A stretch of DNA of 64,000 nucleotides from a virus (lineage: Duplodnaviria > Heunggongvirae > Uroviricota > Caudoviricetes). Made by a program: the position numbers and the translations under genes. This document shows, piece by piece, positions 18,265 to 27,993 of the stretch (positions within the stretch are counted from its first letter, which is position 1; each line of letters begins with the position of its first letter). The stretch lies in the IMG/VR virus record IMGVR_UViG_2511231131_000001. One strand, given 5' to 3'. The notes under the pieces were generated by a model. It had not been told where the DNA came from, did no database searches, and saw only the letters and a program-made list of their open reading frames with translations.

Positions 18265-18510
18265 ATGCAATCTGATTTTTTACAGTTAGCGATCGCTTTT
18301 GCAGGATATGTTTGTATTGGCTTCTGTGTATACATGATCAGCCGAAAAATGCTTGTCGATATCGACCGCAAAGAACGAGCAGAGGAGATCTTAGTATGGA
18401 TTTTCTTTGGCGCGGTCTGGCCATTAGGGATCATGTTTGCTGCAACATTTCTTCTGATGTGGATATTCACCCTTCCAGGTGATTTCTATAGAAAAAAAGC
18501 CAGACATTGA
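18265..18510 (+). CDS. small two-helix membrane protein
   Basis: MQSDFLQLAIAFAGYVCIGFCVYMI...IFFGAVWPLGIMFAATFLLMWIF; RBS GAGGTCGGAG. Confidence 0.4.
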   Translation: MQSDFLQLAIAFAGYVCIGFCVYMISRKMLVDIDRKERAEEILVWIFFGAVWPLGIMFAATFLLMWIFTLPGDFYRKKARH

Positions 18511-18633
18511 TACAATCGTTGCGGGTGCTTGAGGCTATCTGCTTCAGGCATTACCCGAAAAGCAGATAGAAGAAAGCCCCAGATAACATTACGCGTCCTG
18601 CAAGACGCTTAACATTAATCTGAGGCCATATCT

Positions 18634-18840
18634 ATGCTTAGCATACGTAGATTAGCCTCTTACCGACCAAAAGGTCAAGGAGAAGCAGGCTATGAAGCAG
18701 CAAAAAGCGATGTTAATCGCTCTGATCGTCATCTGTTTAACCGTCATTGTGACGGCACTGGTAACGAGGAAAGACCTCTGCGAGGTACGAATCCGAACCG
18801 GCCAGACGGAGGTCACTGTCTTCACAGCCTACGAATCTGA
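18634..18840 (+). CDS. mok-like overlapping reading frame of the hok locus
   Basis: 68-aa ORF overlapping hok out of frame, as in hok/mok/sok loci. Confidence 0.3.
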   Translation: MLSIRRLASYRPKGQGEAGYEAAKSDVNRSDRHLFNRHCDGTGNEERPLRGTNPNRPDGGHCLHSLRI

Positions 18841-18847
18841 AAGGTAA
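18692..18847 (+). CDS. hok: Hok/Gef-family type I toxin, HokD/RelF-like
   Basis: MKQQKAMLIALIVICLTVIVTALVTRKDLCEVRIRTGQTEVTVFTAYESER, near-identical to recalled E. coli HokD/RelF. Confidence 0.75.
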   Translation: MKQQKAMLIALIVICLTVIVTALVTRKDLCEVRIRTGQTEVTVFTAYESER

Positions 18848-18920
18848 GAGACCTGGCGGGGAGAGATCCTCGCCACTCTTCGTGTGTCAGGTATCCTCAA
18901 TGCACCCTTTCCTCTCCAAA

Positions 18921-18948
18921 TAAAAAAGCTCCCGAAGGAGCTTTAAAA
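18921..18948. terminator. intrinsic terminator, bidirectional
   Basis: AAAAAAGCTCC-CGAA-GGAGCTTT between convergent hok and the minus-strand structural operon. Confidence 0.55.
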
Positions 18949-18963
18949 TACAAGGGATGACTC

Positions 18964-19473
18964 TTAATCCCACTCAATCCAGTTGTAGACGATACGAAGT
19001 GACGGGCGCACAGCGGCAGTCACATCTTCGGTACTAAAGTCGATTGCATCACTGTAGATTTTGCAGTCCAACATTTCAATTGTTGTAGCAGCTTTTGTCA
19101 CAGCGTTAACCCCGGAAGATTTGGATTCAGGGGTAGCAGCCATCGTGATATCAACATAGTCCTTCGCCGCAATGCGATCCTTGATGAACTGAAGAATATC
19201 GCCTTCGATAGTCTCCACGCACTGGACCTGGATTTCCCCAGAGTTTCGAATTGGTCCGTGCTGGTTGAACTTCACACCATTCGGACCATAGTCCTCCACA
19301 TCCTCGCGGGTCATTTCAGGAATTTGCGACGTGCGAACCAGTACGCTGATATCTTCATGGCCTGCAAAAGTGAGCTGGAATTCAGAAGATACCAGTCGTT
19401 CGCCTTTGGCCGCGTTGGCAGTATAGCGGCCCTTAATAAATTTACGGTTTCCCTTAGTGTTATTGTGCCCCAT
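18964..19473 (-). CDS. virion structural protein (tail tube-like size)
   Basis: 169 aa; last gene of minus-strand operon downstream of sheath-like gene. Confidence 0.35.
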   Translation of the reverse strand: MGHNNTKGNRKFIKGRYTANAAKGERLVSSEFQLTFAGHEDISVLVRTSQIPEMTREDVEDYGPNGVKFNQHGPIRNSGEIQVQCVETIEGDILQFIKDRIAAKDYVDITMAATPESKSSGVNAVTKAATTIEMLDCKIYSDAIDFSTEDVTAAVRPSLRIVYNWIEWD

Positions 19474-19484
19474 ATAAAATCCTT

Positions 19485-20066
19485 TTACTGGAACGCCCGA
19501 ACAATATCGGAGCTGTTATATATCGAAGAACCGGTCAACTGGAGGTTGACGGTGTTTTTCAGGAAATGCCCATTGCTGTCCCTGGGCGCATCGAGATCGA
19601 AACTTATGTCCTGGATAGCGACATCAATGATGTTGATCCGGCGACCAATGTTTAGCGTCACGCGCTCCGGGATTCGACCACCAATACTGGCATCTTTAAG
19701 TTCCGGGCTAATCATCGCTGACAATGCGGCGATAGCTCCTGAAACCTCCGTGAATGGGTCAAACAAAGCGATGAAAGTTACTGGCAGCGTGAAAGTCGGC
19801 GGTGTTCCCCCTTCCCAAACCATTAAGCTGTTCCAACGGGCAACCGACGTTGTTTCAGTACCAACCTGCGCAAAACCACTGAAGGCACCAGCAACAGATC
19901 CCATGGACATACCGGTAAACGGCGCTTCCCAATTCTGGGCCATGTTCATTGCCGCCCCCTGGCTGATATATCCGGTAACCTGGTACTGAGAGTTCGTTAA
20001 AGTAACTTTCAGAAATGGCGATACACCGTCAGCCTGGCTGTAAACCCCATAAGGAATAGGTGCCAT
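19485..20066 (-). CDS. virion structural protein (hypothetical)
   Basis: 193 aa; operon position. Confidence 0.35.
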   Translation of the reverse strand: MAPIPYGVYSQADGVSPFLKVTLTNSQYQVTGYISQGAAMNMAQNWEAPFTGMSMGSVAGAFSGFAQVGTETTSVARWNSLMVWEGGTPPTFTLPVTFIALFDPFTEVSGAIAALSAMISPELKDASIGGRIPERVTLNIGRRINIIDVAIQDISFDLDAPRDSNGHFLKNTVNLQLTGSSIYNSSDIVRAFQ

Positions 20067-20101
20067 TCAAGTTAAAGGCCGGAGTTCTCCGGCCTCCTCC
20101 T

Positions 20102-20917
20102 TTAGCCAAGGCGCTTACGGCGCAGTTTCATTGACTTTTTGCGGGCAAGTTTTGCCGCGCCGGTCTGGGCTTTTCGACGCGCTTTTTTCAGCGCCGATTT
20201 TTGAGCCGCAGTCAGACGTTTTTTACGCAGGCGTTTACGGATGAGTTTGATCTCACCGTTACGAACAACCTTCTTAAATGCTTCAGTCAGCATTTCATCA
20301 GAAGTGCCAGCAACAACAAACGCCGCTTCTAGTTCGTCGCGGTCGTCGCTATCTAAACCAGCGATAGAGGCACCAACATCAGCAGCTGCGTCGTCGTCTT
20401 CATCGTCAGCCAGTGCTTCGATCAGGTCATCATCTACACCGCATGCTGCGAGGAAGTCAGCAACATTTGCCCATGCTTCGTTATAGGCATCGTCCTGTTC
20501 TTCTGAAACTTCGGAGTCGTCGTCATCAGAGATACCAGCGATAGCCTGAACGAAACCATCAAGGGAGTCGAAAGTCAGATCACCGCTATCAGCCCAGGCG
20601 AAAACGGCGTCGGCCGCATCACTCAACGCATTTTGCATAGCACTTCGATTTGCAGCTTCCAGAATCATCTGGTGCGCCTGTTCGACGGTCCATTCTTTAC
20701 CGTCTTTCCCTTCCAGGATTTGCTCAGGAGCCTGGGCAGATGGAACGTTATCGTTAGTCTGTGCCGCCGGTTCCGGATTATTATTAATAACCGGATCTGT
20801 TGGCGGTTCAGCGCTTGCTCGGGCAGACTCCATCAGCTGCACAGGATCAGAGTTCAAAGCGAAACGAGACAGTCCATTCCCCAAAAATGCCCCGGATTGA
20901 AAAAAGTTTTTGCTCAT
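20102..20917 (-). CDS. acidic protein with strongly basic C-terminal tail (scaffold/internal-protein-like)
   Basis: D/E-rich middle, C-terminal KLIRKRLRKKRL..KKARRKAQ..RKKSMKLRRKRLG. Confidence 0.4.
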   Translation of the reverse strand: MSKNFFQSGAFLGNGLSRFALNSDPVQLMESARASAEPPTDPVINNNPEPAAQTNDNVPSAQAPEQILEGKDGKEWTVEQAHQMILEAANRSAMQNALSDAADAVFAWADSGDLTFDSLDGFVQAIAGISDDDDSEVSEEQDDAYNEAWANVADFLAACGVDDDLIEALADDEDDDAAADVGASIAGLDSDDRDELEAAFVVAGTSDEMLTEAFKKVVRNGEIKLIRKRLRKKRLTAAQKSALKKARRKAQTGAAKLARKKSMKLRRKRLG

Positions 20918-20926
20918 TGTATTCCC

Positions 20927-22516
20927 TTACTTAATAAGCAGCGGTACGCCCTGGATACGACGGGCTACGCCAGTCGGGCAGCAGGCCCAGACTACTTCCC
21001 ATTTATCGAATTCCGCCTGCGTAACTTTCAGCACATACGGTTCTGTACCGTCAGCATCAGGATCACGAGGAGCCACCAGAGCGCCGGAGGCGACAAAGCG
21101 ATCTAAAAGTTTGGTCATCCCTTTAGTCAGGCCAGCCGCAGTAATACCGTCCGGGCTATGCTTCATCTGTCGGGCTAACTGGACAAAGAAACGGCTGATT
21201 GCATTCATCAGGGATGGGACGTGCTGGAAGTGCAGATAGTTATCCTGCGTGCAGCAAGTTAAAGCATCGTCGATGATCATCTGGCCAGAGGTGCCAACAG
21301 ATACTTTATTGAGACGGCCCTTGACCATTGCTTCTTCGTCCGGGGTATCTTCCGGATACAGCGGTTGAATTGACGCACGAGCAATGACGGCACGTTCTTC
21401 ACCAGCCGGTGAGTAATGCCAACCGCCGACATCAGAGTTTTTCTTGACGCCACGAGCTTTCGCCGCATACGCCACGCCAGACAGACCAAAGACCACACGG
21501 GATTGGGTCCATTTGTCTTTGCAGGAGAACGGGTAGTGATAGACAGCACAGCTTACATAATCGGTACCAAGTAAACCGGTATCTTCAACAGCAGAGATCG
21601 CTTCCGTGTACGTCAATGTCGGTTTGACATCAAAGAAGCCATCAATCAGGCGATCTGCACAGATTTTACCTAATGCGGTGATAGCCGCATTGTCATAGCA
21701 GCCCAAGCCAAGAACAGCGGTGTACATGTACGGCGCATTATTCAGCACTTTAACCGCACGCAGGTACGCAGCGGTTGAGATTTTCGACTGATCGCCGTTG
21801 GTACCGCCAGTGAACGCCAACGATTTTTTGTTTGTTACTTTCGCTGTCGAAATCAGCTCTTCATTAACAACCGCGCGCAGATATTTAGAACGGGCTTCCA
21901 GAGCCGTAGGCAGATAACACAAGCGGCCCATGTCATCTTTCGCTTCTTCCGCCAAAGACACAGTGTGTGTCTCCAGGGTCGTTACCACGCCGAGCGAAGT
22001 CGTCTGGGTCAGTTTTAAGAGGAAGCGTTCATTACCCGCGCTGTCCGCTGTTGCCGTTTCGATGGTTAACTCACGGGTAGGTGAAATACACGGATCACCA
22101 TCATCAACGTAGATAGCAAAGGCTTCGCCACTATCAAGTTCAATTTCAGAACCGTATGGCAACGCACTGTAAGCCGGTTCGCCTGATTCATCGAACATAA
22201 TAATCGGGAACTTCGCATCATCCGGAACAGCGCGAACAACATAACCAGACGTTTGCTGAATAGCTTCGTATACATGGCGAATTGGTTCGAACTGTGAGCC
22301 GGAAGACGGCTTCAGCGGTTCGCCGAGAACATCTTCGTAATTGGACTCAGTAACCGCAAGAACAGTAAACGGCTTGCCACGCGCAAATACGCCAATACCA
22401 GCCCATAAGCTGCTATTTAATGCAACACCGGTAGATAACGTCGCATCGGCATTGATCGGGCTAACCGCGACGCCGGATGCATTACCTAATGACTGTTGAA
22501 TTGAATATTGAGACAT
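20927..22516 (-). CDS. tail sheath-like protein (P1 gene 22 position)
   Basis: 529 aa; synteny and size only. Confidence 0.4.
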   Translation of the reverse strand: MSQYSIQQSLGNASGVAVSPINADATLSTGVALNSSLWAGIGVFARGKPFTVLAVTESNYEDVLGEPLKPSSGSQFEPIRHVYEAIQQTSGYVVRAVPDDAKFPIIMFDESGEPAYSALPYGSEIELDSGEAFAIYVDDGDPCISPTRELTIETATADSAGNERFLLKLTQTTSLGVVTTLETHTVSLAEEAKDDMGRLCYLPTALEARSKYLRAVVNEELISTAKVTNKKSLAFTGGTNGDQSKISTAAYLRAVKVLNNAPYMYTAVLGLGCYDNAAITALGKICADRLIDGFFDVKPTLTYTEAISAVEDTGLLGTDYVSCAVYHYPFSCKDKWTQSRVVFGLSGVAYAAKARGVKKNSDVGGWHYSPAGEERAVIARASIQPLYPEDTPDEEAMVKGRLNKVSVGTSGQMIIDDALTCCTQDNYLHFQHVPSLMNAISRFFVQLARQMKHSPDGITAAGLTKGMTKLLDRFVASGALVAPRDPDADGTEPYVLKVTQAEFDKWEVVWACCPTGVARRIQGVPLLIK

Positions 22517-22576
22517 AACTTTCCCTGTTATGCGCCCCGCACGGGGGCGCTATGTTAAACGGAGAACTTCCCCTGA

Positions 22577-24304
22577 TTACTCAGAGTCACCGGCATCAAT
22601 CGTGTCGCCGCTAATGAAGTTAAGCCCGCCTTTTTTGGCCATTGTCAGCGTTACACGAGTGAAGTAATCAGCGCCGTTGCGTGGGTGCATATCGTTGATA
22701 GCCGAACCCCACAGCGTGGTACGGTTGACCAGCGCCGGAGTGGTCGGATGCTGGAACGGGATGGCCGGGACAGCATCACCAGTCACGAAGCCTGCTTTAC
22801 CCGGATTTTCATCACGGACGTAGCACAGCACATCCATCGAGCTGAACTGAATGTTCTCTGTCGTTAAGTTCTTACAAATACCAGCAGGTACTTCGTACAC
22901 TTTCACGTTACCGAACAGGGTACCGATGTAGTGAACATACGGAGTCTGGATATAGTCTTCGGCTGGCTGGAAGAAATCCTTCGGCAACTGTTTGAAGAAA
23001 GATGCTGCATCAGCACCAGCAAACATCCCCATCGCACCAGAAGATTTAACGCGCTCAATAATGTCGCGATATACAGTCTGGAATTTGCCACGAATGATGG
23101 TTGCCCATACATCAAAGGACTGGTTAACCGGCAGAGCGATGTCAAAGGTGTCGGTCGCAAGAGTACGCCAGATCATGATGCGAAGACGCAGCATATCCTG
23201 TTCATGAGACAGGTATTCCTTCAGGGTGCGGAACTGTAGGGAACCCAGGTCCAGACCAAATTCACGCTGTGCTTCATACGCCGCCTGTACCGTGTGCTCA
23301 GCCGCGATAACGAACTGGCTTGGGAACAGGGTGTATTTCTTCATTTCGTGGTTGATCAGCGGGATCAGCTCAGGAGCGGCTTCAATATTGATTTCCGTCT
23401 CAATTGCGATCTCAGTGCCTTTATCCGGCGCTTTGGAGAACGACAGGGCAATCTGACCAATGTTGTAGTTCAGAGAGCAGGTAACAGTGATTTGCTCACC
23501 AGCAGCATTAGTAAACGAGTGAAGTAGGCTGCCGGAACCGTTATCAACAACAGACTTAATACGGTTAACGTAGATATTAGTGCGACCTTTTCGGATTGGT
23601 ACATTCTGGCCTTCGAAGTCTTCCATCTTGAAGGTTGCGGTTTTGCTGGTGCCATCGGAGCTTGCCACCAGCACATAGCGGCGGCGTAACTGGCTGTACA
23701 CACCGACGGATTGCATGTCCAGAACATCACCAGCAGCATAAGAACCAAAAGAGGAACCTGCCACGTTAAAGACTTCATAGATGTCGGACTGGTCACGCGT
23801 AACCGGAATGAAGGTACACGCATCAGCGGTAGCTGCCCCCAACTGAACAGGCAGGATCATCGCGAGGAATAAAGGCAGACGCATAACACCGTCAGAAACG
23901 CTCATCATCTCTGCTGCGACGGATTCCAGCATCGCTTTATTAGTGGCATCCATGCTATTGCGGGTGGACTCAATCAGGCAGTTTTCCAGCGTCTGGTGGC
24001 AGGAGGCCAGAATTTCCGGACGCGGCATAGATTTATGTGCTGCGGCGTAGTCAGCCAGTGCACTTGCCCACGCTGTAGCGATTTGAGCGGTGGCATTATC
24101 AGAGATACCCGCAAAAACCGGGTCTTTACGTGCAGCTTCAAGGATAGATGCGGCACGCGCGGCATCATCTTTAATGAATTGGTTATCAGTACCGAACTGC
24201 GCAGTGCTTGCCCAGCCAAGCACAGCTTTAGAGCGTTTTGCGATATCTGCAATACGATTCTGGTATTCGCGTAAGTTACTCAATTTACTCTTCCTTAAAC
24301 ACAA
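22577..24304 (-). CDS. major capsid-like protein (P1 gene 23 position)
   Basis: 575 aa; synteny and size only. Confidence 0.4.
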   Translation of the reverse strand: MCLRKSKLSNLREYQNRIADIAKRSKAVLGWASTAQFGTDNQFIKDDAARAASILEAARKDPVFAGISDNATAQIATAWASALADYAAAHKSMPRPEILASCHQTLENCLIESTRNSMDATNKAMLESVAAEMMSVSDGVMRLPLFLAMILPVQLGAATADACTFIPVTRDQSDIYEVFNVAGSSFGSYAAGDVLDMQSVGVYSQLRRRYVLVASSDGTSKTATFKMEDFEGQNVPIRKGRTNIYVNRIKSVVDNGSGSLLHSFTNAAGEQITVTCSLNYNIGQIALSFSKAPDKGTEIAIETEINIEAAPELIPLINHEMKKYTLFPSQFVIAAEHTVQAAYEAQREFGLDLGSLQFRTLKEYLSHEQDMLRLRIMIWRTLATDTFDIALPVNQSFDVWATIIRGKFQTVYRDIIERVKSSGAMGMFAGADAASFFKQLPKDFFQPAEDYIQTPYVHYIGTLFGNVKVYEVPAGICKNLTTENIQFSSMDVLCYVRDENPGKAGFVTGDAVPAIPFQHPTTPALVNRTTLWGSAINDMHPRNGADYFTRVTLTMAKKGGLNFISGDTIDAGDSE

Positions 24305-24419
24305 GGCACTTGTGTGAATCCCTTTTCGGAAGAGATTTTATTGAAAGTCACTTGTTGACTTTCTCGTGACAAGCAATTTTTTTATTTTTTTCGGGAGTAG
24401 GGGAGGAAGGTAAAATCCA

Positions 24420-24505
24420 AGGTGAAATCGTGGCGATTTCACCTTGAAATTTTAGAGGGATTTACTTTAAAAACAGTAGGTTAATAGTGAAATTTGAATG
24501 GCGAA
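24420..24505. promoter_or_regulatory. parS: parS partition site
   Basis: GTGAAAT (boxA) and TGGCGA (boxB) motifs on both sides of an AT-rich core, immediately downstream of parB. Confidence 0.65.
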
Positions 24506-24508
24506 AGT

Positions 24509-25510
24509 TTAAGGCTTCGGCTTTTTATCGAGGCTCTTTCTAAGGATATGCCCAATCATCCTGTCGAGTTCTTCCTGTAACTCTTTTGAAAGTCGATTAA
24601 ACTCATAAGAAAATGCACGGCCTTTCACGCGCTTCCTTGCAAAGCGATCCTTGTCCTCAAATTTCCATAATTCAGTAACTACGGACTTATCTTTAGAACC
24701 TTTATCCGTGAGTAGTGAGGCTTCCTTTGTTATCAAGCGCAGGATTTTATTTTTAACTTCATCTTCGGCCATTTCTTCAATGGATAAGATGTCGTTTATT
24801 TCCGGGGATATGTTTTGAATAAGCTGATCAAACTCTAAATTCTTGTTCCCCATTTCGTCGCCAACAGCACAAAGCGTTTTGTAGTCCGAAAAGGTCAATT
24901 CCGACTGCACAGGGAAAAGGGCGACTAATTCTTCCGGAGCACTCGCTGCCTGGAGAGCACGCGTGACCTTCGCCTGAGATAGCCCTTCTTTGGCTGCAAT
25001 ATCCTTCTGACTCATCCCATCATTTTTCATTCGCATCAAACGCAGACCTATTTCTCGAATGCTGTGCTGCAATGCTGTCTGAACGTCTTTCGCTAAATTT
25101 TGCGCTTCCTGAACGCTGATCTCCTGGTCCGTGACTAAAACCCGCAACCCTACGTTCTCTAAGATGGCAGAAGCTCGACGCCGGGAACCATCCAAAATTT
25201 CAATTTTCCCTGTAGCCCGTCTAACACCTATTGCAGGGTAAAATTGCTGATGCTTAATAGTGCTTCGGATACTTTTTAATGATTTTGGCGTAAGAGATGC
25301 CTGGTCACGACCATTGTTATGCTGATCAACAAAGGTATCGCTTTCTACCTGATTCGGAGGTATTACCTCTTCAATAAATGTGGCCTGGCGACCTGTTGAT
25401 AACTTGAATACCTGCTCGACTCGATCGCCAGAGGCTGAAGAACTATCAAATCCGCTTAATATTGAAGGATTAAGGGTTCGCCCAATTGTTGGTCTGTTTT
25501 TCTTTGACAT
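24509..25510 (-). CDS. parB: ParB partition protein
   Basis: 333 aa; downstream of parA; adjacent parS. Confidence 0.8.
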   Translation of the reverse strand: MSKKNRPTIGRTLNPSILSGFDSSSASGDRVEQVFKLSTGRQATFIEEVIPPNQVESDTFVDQHNNGRDQASLTPKSLKSIRSTIKHQQFYPAIGVRRATGKIEILDGSRRRASAILENVGLRVLVTDQEISVQEAQNLAKDVQTALQHSIREIGLRLMRMKNDGMSQKDIAAKEGLSQAKVTRALQAASAPEELVALFPVQSELTFSDYKTLCAVGDEMGNKNLEFDQLIQNISPEINDILSIEEMAEDEVKNKILRLITKEASLLTDKGSKDKSVVTELWKFEDKDRFARKRVKGRAFSYEFNRLSKELQEELDRMIGHILRKSLDKKPKP

Positions 25511-25526
25511 GGGGGTTTCTTACTCC

Positions 25527-26723
25527 TCAGTTAGATCTGATAAATTCAATACGGTCAAAAACTGCTTTAGCAAAATCTTCCGCGGCAATTCGCGCGTTCT
25601 TCAATGCATCAGCACTACCAACATACGTTGCCGGGTTAGCTGAAATAACAGTGTCAAAAGACTCGCCGCAGCGTTCAAAACCGTCAAGGCGAGGGAGGAC
25701 GACATCGAGCATATCCCCACCGAACACTTCTTTAGCCAGGCTATGGCAATACTTATGATCTGCCTTGTTACTCAACTTGGACATAAAACCAATGTTAGTC
25801 GCAAGCTGGCACTCGCAGCCTTCATCCGAAATGAGTTTTACCAACTCAGGAAGGCGGGCAACGTATTTAAGCGATGAATGGAAATCGACAGTTGCTGGCG
25901 GCAGAGGTGTAAACAGTATATTGGCCGAGGCCAAAGCATTTTTCAGGAAGGCATCAAGGTGAGGACCACTATCAACGAGGATAAAGTCATAATCGCTCTT
26001 CAGCTTATCAATCACATTTTCTTTCAGGACAGCATGGATGTTCTGACCCGGTAGATGCTCATTGCACAGCTCTCTCCAATCGGATGCAATAAAGGCATCG
26101 TCAATCGACGCAGGCATAACGTCAACCCCAGGTACAACAGAAGGAACAATAAACTCCTCTAACAGCTCTTCACGGCTTACATTCTGCAACATAGCCTGTG
26201 CAGATGTTGCGTTTACGATACCAATAGAGTGTTTATGGCTTAAAAACATCGTCGCTGAAGATTGCGGATCAAGGTCAATAACCAGAATCCTTAAATCTTC
26301 CATCAGAAGATGAGGGTGGGCACGCATTGCATGCGCCAGAGAAACCGTCGATACAGTTTTTGACACACCGCCTTTAAGATTGGAGATGAAAATCACATAC
26401 GCTTCGCTGTAGCGATCCCGGTATTTTGGCACTCCGCGATGTTCATATATGTCAATGATGTTCTGAATTGACATCGCATATTTCATTGAAGAGCCAGCAG
26501 GGCGTTTATCGAAAACATAACCCTTTTCTTCCATTTCACTTACGGCATAGTCAACGTTCGCTCGAGTCAGTAGAGGCAATTTTGCCAGTGCCGCTTTCGC
26601 ATAGACCTGGTAAAACTCGTTCGCGTGTAGCTCATCCTTTTGCAACTGTACTTGTTCAGTCAGAACATTGAGCATTCTGTTTGCTCTTTGAGCAACCTTG
26701 TGAAGCTGGCTGGAATCACTCAT
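25527..26723 (-). CDS. parA: ParA partition ATPase
   Basis: 398 aa; Walker A NLKGGVSKT; N-terminal extension typical of type Ia ParA; matches recalled P1 ParA. Confidence 0.9.
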   Translation of the reverse strand: MSDSSQLHKVAQRANRMLNVLTEQVQLQKDELHANEFYQVYAKAALAKLPLLTRANVDYAVSEMEEKGYVFDKRPAGSSMKYAMSIQNIIDIYEHRGVPKYRDRYSEAYVIFISNLKGGVSKTVSTVSLAHAMRAHPHLLMEDLRILVIDLDPQSSATMFLSHKHSIGIVNATSAQAMLQNVSREELLEEFIVPSVVPGVDVMPASIDDAFIASDWRELCNEHLPGQNIHAVLKENVIDKLKSDYDFILVDSGPHLDAFLKNALASANILFTPLPPATVDFHSSLKYVARLPELVKLISDEGCECQLATNIGFMSKLSNKADHKYCHSLAKEVFGGDMLDVVLPRLDGFERCGESFDTVISANPATYVGSADALKNARIAAEDFAKAVFDRIEFIRSN

Positions 26724-26863
26724 CGAAAGTCATCCTTTATGCTGTATTTTTGAATTTACTTAAAAATGCTGCATAAAATAATAATGTATGCACAGATGCT
26801 TGTACATAGCATTCTCTGCATGTTTGGTTCATTTTGCACGATTGAGAGTTACAAGGAGGGCAC

Positions 26864-26890
26864 AAAAAAGCCCCGTTCAGGGGCATCAGT
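26864..26890 (-). terminator. intrinsic terminator for the 26892..27701 gene
   Basis: Minus strand GCCCC-TGAAC-GGGGC followed by TTTTTT. Confidence 0.6.
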
Positions 26891-26891
26891 G

Positions 26892-27701
26892 TTATTTGCT
26901 AAGAGCAGCGAATAATCGTTCGAAATCGATAGTATCTATAGCACGCGTAAGCGCCGGAAGTTCAGCCTCAAAGTACCCGTGTCGATCGTAAAAGAAGGGA
27001 CCGAAGAGCGAGGCATGTTGGATTCTACTTCGCCCCAGCCCGGACACACAGTTAAGCCCATTACCGGCTAAAAGGCTAAAAAACTTCTCTGGATTATCGT
27101 GGTAAAGCTGGGAATCAATGGTGGCGGTTAACTCTTCCATAGGGAAGCACACCCGCCCTGTCTCCCAGGGATATTTAGTCCGAAGCATAAACATTGCTTT
27201 CAGCAATTCACATTGAGCGCGGATCGCGTCCGGTTCATAGCCAGATATGGAGACATAAGCCACGTCCCTCATTCCTGCGTCATCTTTGAAAGTCACGATA
27301 GAAGTAACATCCAGCTCTTTTTCGAAAGAGCAAGCAGCATCTACTGGACGCTGAAGTAAATCATTCGACTTGATGCGCTCGAGAATCCCTCCCCACATAT
27401 CATTTAGATATTCGATATGAGCCAAAACCTTATCAAGACACTCTCGTGTAAACCATTCAGTATGCCCGCCACCGGCGCTTTTCTCCCACGGCGCATTCCA
27501 GGGGAAAAAGGTTGCGTGTAAAGCCCGCTCAAGATTAACCATTGCCAAACGCGTACCACGATAGACCCGTGAAAGCGCAAAATCGGGACTCACTTGTAGC
27601 CCTTTAAACCGTGCCAATGGACCACATGAAATGCCGATTTTAAAAGTATCTCCGTTCTCTGGCACCAGAACGTAGAGGTAGTGTTGTTTCTCTTCTTGCA
27701 T
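26892..27701 (-). CDS. GIY-YIG-like/T5orf172-domain protein with unknown C-terminal domain
   Basis: N-terminus HYLYVLVPENGDTFKIGIS...R......LE.ALH..F......GGHTEWF fits the T5orf172/MUG113 pattern (recalled); sits between parA and incA iterons. Confidence 0.5.
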   Translation of the reverse strand: MQEEKQHYLYVLVPENGDTFKIGISCGPLARFKGLQVSPDFALSRVYRGTRLAMVNLERALHATFFPWNAPWEKSAGGGHTEWFTRECLDKVLAHIEYLNDMWGGILERIKSNDLLQRPVDAACSFEKELDVTSIVTFKDDAGMRDVAYVSISGYEPDAIRAQCELLKAMFMLRTKYPWETGRVCFPMEELTATIDSQLYHDNPEKFFSLLAGNGLNCVSGLGRSRIQHASLFGPFFYDRHGYFEAELPALTRAIDTIDFERLFAALSK

Positions 27702-27729
27702 ATCAATACCACTGCTTGATGAGAGTCGC

Positions 27730-27991
27730 GCAAATGTTGACTATGCGCGAAGGTTAATGTGAATAGTTGACTATGCGCGATGTGACTACAGTCAAAAGTT
27801 GACTGTAGTCGATTTAACTCCACCAAAGATCGACTATGTAAGATATTGTCGGGAGAAACGTTGACTATACGCGATGAAATGGGCCTAAAAGCCATCTCAA
27901 TAGCGACTTGCAGAATATTGACGCCAGCAAAAATCCACCAGCGTCAACGAATGTCGCCTATAGTCAACTTCTCGCTATCGCATATAGTCAA
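27730..27991. repeat. incA-like iteron array
   Basis: Multiple copies of GTTGACTATGCGCGA and its complement TCGC.TATAGTCAA downstream of repA. Confidence 0.65.
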
Positions 27992-27993
27992 TA

